A stretch of 64,000 nucleotides of DNA from the NCBI GenBank assembly GCA_026004875.1, contig BPJZ01000004.1:44728-108727 (forward strand). Direction: 5' to 3'. The notes beneath the pieces were generated by a model. It searched no databases. It was not told the DNA's origin and saw nothing but the letters and a program-made list of their open reading frames with translations. Made by a program: the position numbers and the translations under genes. Shown one piece after another: positions 49,211-59,713 of the stretch (its first letter is position 1; every line of letters begins with the position of its first letter). The stretch comes from Candidatus Poribacteria bacterium. Lineage in GTDB: Bacteria; Poribacteria; WGA-4E; GCA-2687025.

Positions 49211-50136
49211 GGCGTGTCCTCCCTCTTTTCGACGATGCGAATGCGCAGGAGACGCCTCCGCTCGCCGTCGGTCATCCAAAGGGTGTTGTTAGCAACACTC
49301 ATGCCCGCGATCTCGCCGACGGCGCTCAGTTGGAGCTCGCCCAACGGATCCCCCGCCGGGTCGAGGACGAAGAGCCGCCGGCGCCCAGCGTCCCAGAGGT
49401 ACCATCGTCCGAACCGATCTGCAGCGGCGGCCGTCGGACGATGGAGGCCCTCTTCAGCCCCTAGTCGTCGCTGGAGCGCGCCGGTAAAGTCTAGGATCAA
49501 CGCGGCCCCCTGACCCGGATCGGCGATCAGGAGCGCCTCCCCCTGACCAACCGCTAGATCACTTGGGTCTATCAGCTCGACGGCTCCCCACGGCTCCGCC
49601 GCCCCGTCTGGGGCAAAGCGCCAGACCCTTCGGGTCCGCCCGTCGAGGACGTATAGCCTTCCGCTCCTTCCCACCCCGATCGCGCGGGGGAGGATCCCCC
49701 GAGCTTCGGGCAGGACGATCTCAAACTGCGCTCGGGAGGGGATCAGCCGCTGAACCCGGCGGTTCTCCCGCTCAGCGATGTACAGGTGAGGGAGCGTCCC
49801 GAGCTCATAAAGACAAAGGTCCCCAGGGCCGCCCAACTCCCCGACCGCCGAGCCGTAGGCCCCCAGTTCAGCCAGTAGATTCCCCTCCTCGCTAAGCACC
49901 AGCAGCCGGCCGCCGCTGTAGTCGGAGAGGTAGACGGTTCCGTTCCGGTCGACGGCGATCCCGTACGGCTCACCTAAGTTCACAGAAGGCGACCAGTCGG
50001 GGAGCAGCTGCAGCTCCACCGACGCCAGCGGCGCCTGACGGTGCGGAGCGGGGAGCCGCCCCTCGATGGGCGTCGGCGCACTACACCCGAGCACGGCGCA
50101 AAGAAGCGCGCCTCCCAGCGCGTGCGTCCACCTCAT
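49207..50136 (-). CDS. NHL-repeat beta-propeller lipoprotein
   Basis: Lipobox VLGC; repeated P.GIAVD..G.VY..D...R units. Confidence 0.85.
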   Translation of the reverse strand: MRWTHALGGALLCAVLGCSAPTPIEGRLPAPHRQAPLASVELQLLPDWSPSVNLGEPYGIAVDRNGTVYLSDYSGGRLLVLSEEGNLLAELGAYGSAVGELGGPGDLCLYELGTLPHLYIAERENRRVQRLIPSRAQFEIVLPEARGILPRAIGVGRSGRLYVLDGRTRRVWRFAPDGAAEPWGAVELIDPSDLAVGQGEALLIADPGQGAALILDFTGALQRRLGAEEGLHRPTAAAADRFGRWYLWDAGRRRLFVLDPAGDPLGELQLSAVGEIAGMSVANNTLWMTDGERRRLLRIRIVEKREDTP

Positions 50137-50753
50137 TTCCGCTGCACTTCGAACGGGAAGACAAAGGTCAGCTCCTTCTGAGAGGAGCCCAGCCGGATGC
50201 CCGGCACCACCAACGTTAAGCGAGAAGACTCAATACTTTTTGGGGGAAAATAGACGAAAAAGGCCGTCCGGCTACCGGGCATCACCTTTGCCTGAAACAG
50301 CTCGTTCGGGTTCAGTGGACTGACCACATCGCCAAAGCTGCTCACCGCCCGACTGGCACGAAAGATATCCCCCGAAACCCCGATCGGCGGCTTGGGGGTA
50401 TAGCGCGCCCCGAACTTGGCAACCCGCTGCTGGCGGCTCAACGGCTTGTGCGCCTTCCCTGACTGATCCAACAGGCGCACCTTGCTGGCGTCAAACTCCA
50501 GGAACTCGTTCGTCCCGTTGAAGAGGATCAGATAGAAGACATCGGCGTCCTTGATCTCGTTCTGGGCCGCGCAGGCGACGGCGACCCCTTCCCGAACGGC
50601 CAGCACTCCTTTGGACTTCTCCAGGAACTGGTCCTCCGGCCCGGGGATGGCGAACTTGTGGCCGGTGTGTAGCCCGGCTCCGCAGCCAAAAAGCCCAACC
50701 AGAAGCGTCCAGGCGCTCAGGTACGCAGCAGCGACTCGGCGCCGTCGATCCAT
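50133..50753 (-). CDS. Hypothetical lipoprotein
   Basis: Lipobox LFGC; beta-rich Ig-like domain; ATGA coupling to the NHL gene. Confidence 0.7.
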   Translation of the reverse strand: MDRRRRVAAAYLSAWTLLVGLFGCGAGLHTGHKFAIPGPEDQFLEKSKGVLAVREGVAVACAAQNEIKDADVFYLILFNGTNEFLEFDASKVRLLDQSGKAHKPLSRQQRVAKFGARYTPKPPIGVSGDIFRASRAVSSFGDVVSPLNPNELFQAKVMPGSRTAFFVYFPPKSIESSRLTLVVPGIRLGSSQKELTFVFPFEVQRK

Positions 50754-51502
50754 AGCTCCGTTCCAGTGATATGGCTGGCACGATCTGAGGCGAGGAAGAG
50801 AACCGCCTCCGCGACCTGTTCCGGTTCACCGGGCTTTTTGCCGGTCAGGGGAATGCCCCCCTCCGGCCGGATGGTCGGGATGGCGATCTTCTCGATGTTC
50901 CGCCTCCAGGTGTTCTCAGGAATGTTAGTTCGAATCCATCCTGGGCAGATGACGTTAACCCGGATCTTCCAGCGGGCCAGCTCGACGGCGGCGTGCTTGG
51001 CAAAGGCCACCTGGGCCGCCTTGGAGCAGGAGTAGGCCGTCGCCCCGGCCAGGCTGAACTGGCGGGTCCCGTTGATCGAAGAGGTGATCACGATGGAGCC
51101 TCCACGCTCCTTCATGTAGGGAATCGCGTATTTCACCGTCAAGAAGGTGCCCTTGGCGTTAATCGCTTGGGTCTGGTCCCACTCTTCGGGGGTGATCTCT
51201 TCAATGGGGGCCCAGACGCCGTTGATCCCCGCGTTTGCGAAGACGATGTCCAATCGTCCCCAGGTCTCGATCAGACGCCGATAGGCCGCCTCGACCTGTT
51301 CCGGCTGAGAGACGTCCGCCGTCAGGACCAGGGCTTCGCCGCCGATCTGCCGAATCTCCTCAGCGGTCTCTTCGTTCTTGGCCGCCCGCCGTCCGACCAG
51401 GCCGACTTTGGCGCCCTCCCGGGCGAACAGCAGCGCGGTTGCCTTCCCGATTCCGGAGTTGGCTCCCGTGATGAAAGCAACTCGTCCTTCTAGCTCTCCC
51501 AT
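50717..51502 (-). CDS. SDR-family oxidoreductase
   Basis: TGANSGIG, ANAG, YSCSK (YxxxK) and IRVNVICPG motifs. Confidence 0.95.
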   Translation of the reverse strand: MGELEGRVAFITGANSGIGKATALLFAREGAKVGLVGRRAAKNEETAEEIRQIGGEALVLTADVSQPEQVEAAYRRLIETWGRLDIVFANAGINGVWAPIEEITPEEWDQTQAINAKGTFLTVKYAIPYMKERGGSIVITSSINGTRQFSLAGATAYSCSKAAQVAFAKHAAVELARWKIRVNVICPGWIRTNIPENTWRRNIEKIAIPTIRPEGGIPLTGKKPGEPEQVAEAVLFLASDRASHITGTELWIDGAESLLRT

Positions 51503-51570
51503 GGCTTTGCGTCCTCTTCCTTGGCGGTCTTGGTTTCTGTCTGCTCAACGCTCCTTGGGGCGCCCTGCGG

Positions 51571-52708
51571 TTACCAGTTGGTGAACGCCCCGTCTTTCCG
51601 GCGGAGCCGAGGAGCGTGCCCCGGTCGGAAGGCGTAAGCCCCGGCGGCCTCTTCGTTGAACTCGACCCCCAATCCGGGGGGCCGTCGGCGCCAAGAGGTA
51701 ACCGTCCTCCCATTCGATCGTCATCGGCAGGACGTCCGGGAGAGTGCTCCCCGGCCTGCGCGGCAGCTCTAGGACGCCCACATTGGTCAGCGCCAGGCAT
51801 AGATGAAGAGCCGCCGCTGTGCTGACCGGTCCTAACGGATTGTGAGGCGCCACTTGGATGAAGTGAGTTTCACACCAATGGGCAATCTTGATCGCTTCGG
51901 TCAGCCCGCCGACGTTACAAAGATCAATCCGAGCGTAGTGGGCCAGGTCCTCCTCGATCAAGGCGCGGAACTCCCACTTACTAGACCACTGTTCACCGAC
52001 GGCCAACGGCACAGAAACGTGGCGAGCCAACGCCCGGTACAGCTCTCCGGACTCCGAACGGAGCGGGTCCTCAATAAAGAAGGGTCGGTACGACTCCACC
52101 TCCCGACAGAGCCGGATCGCGTCCGGCGGGTCCAGTCGGGTGTGAACGTCGAAGCAGATCTCCACCTCGTCCCCCAGCGCCGTGCGCACCGCCTCAAACT
52201 GCTCCACCGCCTGACGCACCGCCTCCGAGGGGTCGAAGACCCCGCCCTCTCCTGCGGGAAGTCCCCAGCGAACGAACTTCCATCCCTCGTCGAAACTGCG
52301 ACGGCAGCTCTCGACCAACTCCGCAACGGTGCGCCCACCGTTATGAGGGTAGCAGACCACCTTCTCTCGGCACAGTCCGCCCAGGAGGTTGTACAGCGGC
52401 TGTCCGAGCGCCTTCGCCTTGATGTCCCACAGCGCGATATCAAGCGCGCTAATGGCCGCCGTTCGAATCTTTCCACCCGGGAAGAACTCCCCACGATAGA
52501 GCACCTGCCAGAGGTGCTCCGTCCGGAACGGGTCCTGGCCGATCAGGTCGTCTCGCATCTGTTCTACAGCGGCGACAACCGCCGCCTCCTGCCAGGTGAT
52601 ACCCGCTTCGCCCAGCCCGTAGACGCCCGCGTCCGTCTCGACTTTGACGATCAGAAAGTTTCGCCCTCCGCCCCAAAGGGGATAGGCCCGAACGTCCGTA
52701 ATCTCCAT
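51571..52708 (-). CDS. Mandelate racemase-family acid-sugar dehydratase (DgoD-like; frameshift at the G6 run ~51678)
   Basis: SALDIALWDIKAK, FDVHTRL, FIEDP, GEQ and APHNPLGP. Corrected C-terminus PGLGVEFNE...DGAFTNW* ends at 51571. Confidence 0.88.
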
Positions 52709-52882
52709 CAGAAGGCTCCTCTCCCTTCCGCACTCGTCGCGTCCCTAGCATGCCCCACTCGGCGAAGGGGCGCAACTCACCGGCAGCTGTGAGCACTGGT
52801 GCCCGGCCGGTTTCTTGGCTATGATTATTATCAGATTCCCGAATTCGAATTGTGGAATACTCTCCGAGCAGGAGGGACACCG

Positions 52883-53404
52883 ATGAAGCGGTGGCCAATC
52901 GGTCTGGGGCTGATCGCTTTGGGGCTCGTCATTGTCGGAGCTTCGCTAGCTTGCCCGTGGGGTTCGAGCGTGCGAGGAAATGGAGGATTCTTCATGCAGC
53001 GAATGATGAGCGGCCACGGGATGATGCACGCGCCGATGATGAGGAGTCCTGCGCCGGCGCCCGGGAGCTCTGAAAGAGAGGATTCGTCCCCGTTGAGCGC
53101 TCAAGGTGCCCAACTGTTTTCGACGCTAGGGTGCTCAAGCTGCCACCTTCCCGGTGGAGTCGGGCCTTCTCTGGAAGGGCTGTACGGATCTCGGGTTCGT
53201 CTGAGCGACGGTTCAGTAGTGCTGGCCGATGAGGCCTACCTGCGCGAATCCATTCTGAACCCTGGCGCGAAGATCGTGTGGGGCTATCCGGCCTCCATGC
53301 CCAGCTATCAGGGATTGATCGGCGAAGCGGAGCTTCAAGCGCTGGTGGCATACCTCCGAACGCTTTCTGAGTCCGAGGAGGAGCCTCTCACGACGCAGCG
53401 ATGA
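52883..53404 (+). CDS. Membrane-anchored monoheme cytochrome c (resembles the c domain of caa3 oxidase subunit II)
   Basis: N-terminal TM, Met/His-rich linker, CSSCH, GPSL.GLYG, ADEAYLRESILNP.AKIV.GY..MP. Confidence 0.85.
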   Translation: MKRWPIGLGLIALGLVIVGASLACPWGSSVRGNGGFFMQRMMSGHGMMHAPMMRSPAPAPGSSEREDSSPLSAQGAQLFSTLGCSSCHLPGGVGPSLEGLYGSRVRLSDGSVVLADEAYLRESILNPGAKIVWGYPASMPSYQGLIGEAELQALVAYLRTLSESEEEPLTTQR

Positions 53405-53457
53405 GCGGAAGGAGGGAGATTCTAGCACTTGGGGTTTCTAGGTTCTCCTCTCCTTGC

Positions 53458-53487
53458 TTGACACTCCGCCGGGCGTTCCGGTACGCT
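53458..53487 (+). promoter_or_regulatory. Sigma70-type promoter
   Basis: TTGACA-N18-TACGCT. Confidence 0.55.
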
Positions 53488-53528
53488 TCCCCGACACAGG
53501 GAGCTACAACGGCGGAGATGAACTCCGA

Positions 53529-54326
53529 ATGCGCTTTTGGCCTGGGTCGGGTCGCTTATTACTCCTGCAAATGCTGATCTGGGGCTTAGCGTTCCCGGCG
53601 CTCGGGGAGGAGTGGATCACGGTGCCTGCCGGTCCGTTTACAATGGGGCGGGACGACGCCGATCTAGACGCCTCCCCGGCCCATCGGGTTGTTCTGAGCG
53701 CCTATCAGATCAGCCGGTACGAGGTGACCAACGCGGAGTACTTGGAGTTCTGGCAAGCGGTGCGCCCGGCTCACACACCCCAAGACTTCCCTGACGAAGT
53801 ACCGGGGCTGGGCCCTTGGCCCCAGCGAGCGGAGCGCTACCCCACTATGCCCGTCATCGGCGTCTCCTGGTACGACGCTCAAGCCTACTGTCGCTGGAAA
53901 GGGGTCCGGCTGCCCACCGAGGCGGAATGGGAGAAGGCGGCCCGCGCCCACCGGAATCCCGTCTGGCCGTGGGGAAACGACATCGAAGGGCGTCGGGCCA
54001 ACACCAACGACCCTGCAGACGGCTATCCCGGCTTAGCGCCGGTTGGCCAATTTCCCGAAGGGGCCAGCCCCTACGGCCTTTTCGACATGGCAGGAAACGT
54101 CGCAGAGTGGGTCGCCGACTGGTACAGCGACTCGTATTATGCCCGAAGCCCCGTTGAGAACCCCTCCGGGCCGGAGTTGGGCGTTTGGAAGGTGGTGCGG
54201 GGCGGCTCCTGGATAGACGCGATCGGTTCCTGCTCCGTCGTTCGGCGGCTGGGGTTCTATCCCACCCTGAAGACCTCTTTTATCGGCTTTCGCGTGGCTC
54301 GATCGGCAGCCGATGCAGAAGAGTAG
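53529..54326 (+). CDS. Secreted FGE-sulfatase (SUMF1) domain protein
   Basis: GPFTMG, YEVTN, PV..VSW.DA, RLPTEAEWEKAAR, DMAGNV.EW, RGGSW and GFR motifs; lacks the FGE catalytic Cys pair. Confidence 0.9.
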   Translation: MRFWPGSGRLLLLQMLIWGLAFPALGEEWITVPAGPFTMGRDDADLDASPAHRVVLSAYQISRYEVTNAEYLEFWQAVRPAHTPQDFPDEVPGLGPWPQRAERYPTMPVIGVSWYDAQAYCRWKGVRLPTEAEWEKAARAHRNPVWPWGNDIEGRRANTNDPADGYPGLAPVGQFPEGASPYGLFDMAGNVAEWVADWYSDSYYARSPVENPSGPELGVWKVVRGGSWIDAIGSCSVVRRLGFYPTLKTSFIGFRVARSAADAEE

Positions 54327-55971
54327 GCTGACGGCAGGGCTTCTCTGGGTGCTGATCGGGAGCGCCGTTGCGGCGGCGGAGATCCGATTTAGCGACGTCA
54401 CCCAAGAGGCCGGGATCCACTTCGTCCACGTCGCCGGAATGACGGGCCGAAAGCATCTGACCGAAACGATGGGCTCCGGCGCCGCCTTCTTGGACTACGA
54501 CAACGACGGCGACTTAGACCTCTACATCGTCCAGAGCGGTTACCTTCCCGACGAACGCCCTCCCGACAATCCCGGAAGCGTCCTTTACAGGAACAACGGG
54601 GACGGCACCTTTACCGATGTGACCGCCCTCGCCGGGTGTTCCAACAACGACCGCTACGGGATGGGCGTTGCCGTTGGCGATTACAACAACGACGGCTTCG
54701 ACGATCTCTACGTGACCAACTACGGCCCGAACCGGCTCTATCGGAACAACGGGGACGGCACCTTTACCGACGTGACGGAGGAGGCCGGGGTCGGCGATCC
54801 CCGCTGGGGGACCAGCGCCGCCTTTTTGGACTACGACCGAGACGGCGACCTGGACCTGTTCGTCGCGAACTATTTGGAGGTGCCGCTAGACGCGGCCCCT
54901 TGTCGGAACGTTCAGAATCCCGATCTGCTGGAATACTGCCATCCACGGGTGTTTCCTGGTCAGGGAGACGTGTTGTACCGGAACAACGGGGACGGTACCT
55001 TTACCGACGTGTCCGAGGCGGCCGGCGTGGTCAATCCCCTTGAGGGGAAAGGGCTCGGCGTGGCGATCGGCGACTACAACAACGACGGATGGCCGGACAT
55101 CTACGTCGGGAACGACACGACCCGAAACTTCCTTTACGAGAACCGGAAGGACGGCACCTTTGAGGACGTGGCCCTCTTAGCCGGATGCGGCTACAACGGC
55201 GAAGGGAAGGCCGAAGGAAGTATGGGGATCGACTTTGGCGATTACAACCGAGACGGCTGGCTCGATCTGTTCATGACCCATTCTACTTCGGAGACCAACA
55301 CGCTTTACCAGAATCTAGAAGGGTTAGCCTTTGCCGACGTTACCGATCTGGCCGGGCTGGGCTATCCCAGCTACCCGATGACCGCCTTTGGGACCCTCTT
55401 TGTTGACCTGGACAACGACGGCTGGTTGGATCTGTTTGTCGTCAACGGGCACGTCCAAGACGTGATCGAACTGTTAACCGACACGACGACCTACCGGCAA
55501 CCGGACCAGATTTTTCGGAACAGCGGGGATGGCACCTTTACCGATGTGTCGTTAAAGGCAGGGGCTTACTTCTCCGAGCGGTATGTGGGACGCGGGGCCG
55601 CCTTTGGCGACTACGACAATGACGGGGATATGGACGTCTTCATCGTCAACTCGAACGACCGGGCGGTTCTACTCCGGAACGATACAGAACCGCGGGGAAA
55701 TTGGCTTCGGATCCAGGTTCGAGGGAGGACCAGCAATCGAAACGGCTACGGAACGCGAGTCGCGGTGACCGCCCAAGGGACGACGCAGATCGCGGAGGTG
55801 CGGAGCGGCTCCAGCTACTGTTCTGCGAACGATCAACGGCTGCTGTTCGGACTGGGAAGCGCTGAACAGGCCGACCGAGTTGAGGTCCGCTGGCCTTCTG
55901 GAGAAGCGACCGTCCTGGAGAAGGTGCCGGTCAACCGAACGCTGAGCCTCCTTGAGCCGGGGTCCCCTTAG
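54313..55971 (+). CDS. CRTAC1-family FG-GAP repeat protein with a C-terminal ASPIC/UnbV domain
   Basis: Multiple DYDNDG.LD and LYRNNGDGTFTDV repeats; 'SGSSYCS.ND.RL.FGLG...V.WPSG' end. Confidence 0.92.
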   Translation: MQKSRLTAGLLWVLIGSAVAAAEIRFSDVTQEAGIHFVHVAGMTGRKHLTETMGSGAAFLDYDNDGDLDLYIVQSGYLPDERPPDNPGSVLYRNNGDGTFTDVTALAGCSNNDRYGMGVAVGDYNNDGFDDLYVTNYGPNRLYRNNGDGTFTDVTEEAGVGDPRWGTSAAFLDYDRDGDLDLFVANYLEVPLDAAPCRNVQNPDLLEYCHPRVFPGQGDVLYRNNGDGTFTDVSEAAGVVNPLEGKGLGVAIGDYNNDGWPDIYVGNDTTRNFLYENRKDGTFEDVALLAGCGYNGEGKAEGSMGIDFGDYNRDGWLDLFMTHSTSETNTLYQNLEGLAFADVTDLAGLGYPSYPMTAFGTLFVDLDNDGWLDLFVVNGHVQDVIELLTDTTTYRQPDQIFRNSGDGTFTDVSLKAGAYFSERYVGRGAAFGDYDNDGDMDVFIVNSNDRAVLLRNDTEPRGNWLRIQVRGRTSNRNGYGTRVAVTAQGTTQIAEVRSGSSYCSANDQRLLFGLGSAEQADRVEVRWPSGEATVLEKVPVNRTLSLLEPGSP

Positions 55972-56779
55972 GGCGCCGCTCGAGGGCGCCTGCCGCCGCC
56001 TCCAAGATCATTTCGACGTCTTCGAGGGGAAGCATCAAGGCTCCGTCGCAGGGAGCCCGTTCCGGCTCCGGATGAGCTTCAAGGAACAGCCCGTTTACCC
56101 CCAGGGCTACCGCCGCGCGAGCCAAATCGGCGATCAGCTCGACGCGAGGGACTCCCCCCAACTGAGTGTAGATCGTCCCCAGCCCATGGGTCAGGTCCAA
56201 AAGCAGGGGAAAGCCCAATCGGCGCTGGACGGCCAAGCCGGCAAAATCGATCAGGAGCTGAGCGTAGCCAAAGCAGACCCCGCGATCGGTAATCAGCACC
56301 TGATCGTTGCCGGCCGAGGTGATCTTCTCCACGGCGTGGCGTACGTCCCAGGGGGCCATGAACTGCCCTTTCTTGAGGTTGACCGGCTTGCCCGTCCAGG
56401 CCGCCGCCAGGAGGAGATCGGTCTGTCTTGAGAGCAGAGCAGGGACCTGGAGGATGTCCACGACCTCAGCGGCCTGGCGGGCCTCCTCTGGCGAGTGTAT
56501 GTCGGTTAGGACCGGCACTCCGAGCCGTCGCCGGACCTCCTCGAGCGTCCGCAGCCCCTCTTGGAGCCCTAGACCGCGCGGGGCGTTGAGACGTGAACGG
56601 TTCGCCTTGTCATAGGAGCCCTTAAAGCAGTAACGGAGCCCGAATCGCTCGCAGGCTCTGGCGAGTCGCTCGCCGATCCGTAGGGAGAGGTCCAGCGGCT
56701 CCAAGGCGCACGGTCCAGCGACGATCAGCAGTTCTCCCCAAGCGGCGGCCCTTTGGGCCGGAACCCACTCCGGCAGCAC
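55931..56779 (-). CDS. kdsA: KDO8P synthase (metal-dependent type)
   Basis: AGPC, SYDKANRS, RQTDLL, N.KKGQF.AP, D.TH and E.HP.P..A..DG motifs. Confidence 0.88.
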   Translation of the reverse strand: MLPEWVPAQRAAAWGELLIVAGPCALEPLDLSLRIGERLARACERFGLRYCFKGSYDKANRSRLNAPRGLGLQEGLRTLEEVRRRLGVPVLTDIHSPEEARQAAEVVDILQVPALLSRQTDLLLAAAWTGKPVNLKKGQFMAPWDVRHAVEKITSAGNDQVLITDRGVCFGYAQLLIDFAGLAVQRRLGFPLLLDLTHGLGTIYTQLGGVPRVELIADLARAAVALGVNGLFLEAHPEPERAPCDGALMLPLEDVEMILEAAAGALERRPKGTPAQGGSAFG

Positions 56780-57012
56780 GCAACGCGACTCCTCTTTGTT
56801 GGACGACCGTCAGCTTTCCGGCAGGAACCGTAGCACAGGAGTTGCCGGAGTGAAAAGCGGACGGGTTCCAGGCCGGGGACACAACGATTGTCGGCCCAAG
56901 GGAGGGAATCGAGGCGATCGCTTGTCGGCTTGACCCGATTCGGGGTTCGGTAGGATACTGGTTCCCGATCGTAGAAACGACTTGCGGCGGACAAGGGAGG
57001 TGCCGATCAGGG

Positions 57013-57585
57013 ATGACGATCAAGTCGGACCGGTGGATCAAGCGGATGGCACTGGAACACGGGATGATCGAGCCGTTTGTCGAGTCGCAGGTGCGGCGCG
57101 GCGGGGTGATCAGCTATGGGGTCTCTTCGTTCGGCTACGACTTCCGGGTGGCCGACGAATGGAAGGTGTTCACCAACGTGCACTCGACCATTGTGGACCC
57201 CAAGGACTTTCGACAGGAGGCGTTTGTCGAGTTCAAGGGGGAGTACTGCATCATTCCTCCCAACTCGTTTGCATTGGCCCGGACGGTGGAGTACTGGCGA
57301 ATTCCGCGCGATGTGCTGGTCATCTGTGTGGGGAAGTCTACCTACGCGCGGTGTGGAATCATTCTGAACGTGACCCCTTTCGAACCGGAATGGGAAGGGT
57401 ACGCGACGCTGGAGATTTCGAACACGACGCCGCTTCCGGCAAAGATTTACGCGAACGAAGGGATCGGCCAGGCGATCTTCTTTCAGTCGGACGAGCCGTG
57501 CGAGGTCTCCTATAAGGACAAGGGCGGAAAGTATCAGGGGCAGCGGGGCATCGTGTTGCCGCACGTGGAGCGGGACGTCCCGTAG
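57013..57585 (+). CDS. dcd: dCTP deaminase
   Basis: [36 protein letters not shown] and YANEG motifs. Confidence 0.96.
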   Translation: MTIKSDRWIKRMALEHGMIEPFVESQVRRGGVISYGVSSFGYDFRVADEWKVFTNVHSTIVDPKDFRQEAFVEFKGEYCIIPPNSFALARTVEYWRIPRDVLVICVGKSTYARCGIILNVTPFEPEWEGYATLEISNTTPLPAKIYANEGIGQAIFFQSDEPCEVSYKDKGGKYQGQRGIVLPHVERDVP

Positions 57586-57587
57586 CC

Positions 57588-57627
57588 TGCTGAAATATTG
57601 TGCAGTGGAGTGATGAAAATCTCAGCA
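57588..57627. promoter_or_regulatory. Tandem NtrC-like enhancer sites
   Basis: TGCTGAAATATTGTGCA (57588-57604) and TGATGAAAATCTCAGCA (57611-57627) resemble the 17-bp TGCAC-N7-GTGCA NtrC site. Confidence 0.55.
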
Positions 57628-57689
57628 AAGGACTTCCCCCATGGGGGAAAGAGGCTGACAGACGCGGGTACTGAGGAGTGAAGGGCCGA

Positions 57690-57705
57690 TGGCACACTCC
57701 TTGCT
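57690..57705 (+). promoter_or_regulatory. Sigma54 (-24/-12) promoter of glnA
   Basis: TGGCAC-ACTCC-TTGCT, an exact match to TGGCAC-N5-TTGCW. Confidence 0.85.
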
Positions 57706-57792
57706 GCCCTGGAGGCCGATGGACGCAAGAGTCGACGGGAGTTCGGCTTTGCCGAACCGAGAGATCACCCGTTTTGGTTGGAGGATGCTTGC

Positions 57793-59208
57793 ATGACGCC
57801 ACAGGAGGTGCTCAGCCTCATTCGCGAGAAGAACATTCAGTTCGTGGACTTCAAGTTCACGGACCTGCCGGGGATGCTTCAACACTTTAGCATTCCGGTT
57901 TCGGAGCTGACTGAGGAGCTGTTCGAGGAGGGGATCGGCTTTGACGGCTCCAGCATTCGGGGCTTCCAGGAGATTCACGAGAGCGACATGCTGCTGGTTC
58001 CCGATCCGGCCACGGCGATCGTGGATCCTGCCTGCCGGGTTCCCACTCTCAGCCTGATCTGCAACGTCAAGGACCCGATCACACGGGAGAACTACTCGCG
58101 GGACGCCCGATGGGTCGCTCAGAAGGCGCTCAACTACCTGCGGGACACCGGGATCGGCGATCAGGTTTACTTTGGGCCGGAAGCCGAGTTCTTCATCTTC
58201 GACGACATCCGGTACAAGACGACGACCAACATGGGCTTCTACCAGGTGGATTCGATCGAAGGGAACTGGAACTCGGACCGGCCGGAGAACCCGAACTTGG
58301 GCTACAAGCCTCGGCCCAAGGAGGGGTACTTCCCTGTTCCGCCCTCCGACACGCTGCAGGACATCCGCTCGGAGATCTGCCTGAAGCTGATGGAGGCCGG
58401 GATCGAGGTCGAGGTGCACCACCACGAGGTGGCCCAGGGCGGCCAGAACGAGATCGACATCCGGTACGACTCGATCGTTCGGATCGCCGACAAGCTGATG
58501 CTCTATAAGTACATCATTAAGAACGTCGCCCGGGCTCACGGGAAGGTGGCCACCTTCATGCCCAAGCCGCTGTTTGGGGACAACGGTTCGGGGATGCACG
58601 TTCACCAGAGCCTCTGGAAGGGGAACAAGAACCTGTTCTACGACCCGAACGGGTACGCCAATCTAAGCGAGACAGCGCTCTATTATATCGGCGGGCTGAT
58701 GCGCCACCTTCCGGCGTTGTGCGCGTTGATCGCGCCGACGACCAACTCGTACAAGCGGTTGGTCCCCGGCTACGAAGCGCCAGTGAACATCGCCTACTCG
58801 CAGCGGAATCGAAGCGCCTGCATCCGGATTCCGGTCTACCACAAGTCGGAGAAGGCGGTTCGGATCGAGCTGCGGACGCCGGACCCTTCCTGCAACCCGT
58901 ATGTGGCCTTTGCGGCGATGTTGATGGCCGGACTGGACGGGATCGAGAATCGGATAGACCCCGGCGAGCCGGTGGATAAGAACCTCTACGACCTGGAGCC
59001 GGAGGAGCTGGCCGCCATTCCGCAGGTGCCCGACTCGCTGGACAAGGCGCTGGCCGCCTTGGAGGCGGATCACGAGTTCCTGCTGAAAGGGGACGTGTTC
59101 ACTCAGGACTTCATCGAGCACTATATTGAGTACAAGCGGACCAACGAGGTGGACGCGGTGCGCCTCCGACCGCACCCGCATGAGTTCTACCTCTATCATG
59201 ACATCTAA
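57793..59208 (+). CDS. glnA: Glutamine synthetase type I
   Basis: [41 protein letters not shown] and the adenylylation site NLYDL. Confidence 0.98.
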   Translation: MTPQEVLSLIREKNIQFVDFKFTDLPGMLQHFSIPVSELTEELFEEGIGFDGSSIRGFQEIHESDMLLVPDPATAIVDPACRVPTLSLICNVKDPITRENYSRDARWVAQKALNYLRDTGIGDQVYFGPEAEFFIFDDIRYKTTTNMGFYQVDSIEGNWNSDRPENPNLGYKPRPKEGYFPVPPSDTLQDIRSEICLKLMEAGIEVEVHHHEVAQGGQNEIDIRYDSIVRIADKLMLYKYIIKNVARAHGKVATFMPKPLFGDNGSGMHVHQSLWKGNKNLFYDPNGYANLSETALYYIGGLMRHLPALCALIAPTTNSYKRLVPGYEAPVNIAYSQRNRSACIRIPVYHKSEKAVRIELRTPDPSCNPYVAFAAMLMAGLDGIENRIDPGEPVDKNLYDLEPEELAAIPQVPDSLDKALAALEADHEFLLKGDVFTQDFIEHYIEYKRTNEVDAVRLRPHPHEFYLYHDI

Positions 59209-59273
59209 GAACCGTCGTTGTGGGCGGAGTTGCAAGCTCCGCCCCTCCCCGGCGCGGCGCCGGAACGGCCTGA

Positions 59274-59636
<363 letters not shown>

Positions 59637-59713
59637 GCGGGCATCAGTATCCCCCTCTACGCCGTTCGCGGGGGACATCTCAGGACCTGCAACATCAGTA
59701 AAAGGAGTACAGG

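Noticed and set aside
54480-55680. Repeated DNA (aacaacggggacggcacctttaccga) as a CRISPR or repeat array
   Set aside because: The repeats are in-frame FG-GAP protein repeats with irregular long spacing, and no cas genes are present.
57706-57790. Glutamine riboswitch or ANTAR element in the glnA leader
   Set aside because: Only a simple GTTCGGC/GCCGAAC hairpin is present; neither consensus is recognisable, and the sigma54/NtrC sites already explain the regulation.
59222-59244. Hairpin after glnA as an intrinsic terminator
   Set aside because: The 8-bp stem has no U-tract; it is more likely a stabilising or processing stem inside the operon.
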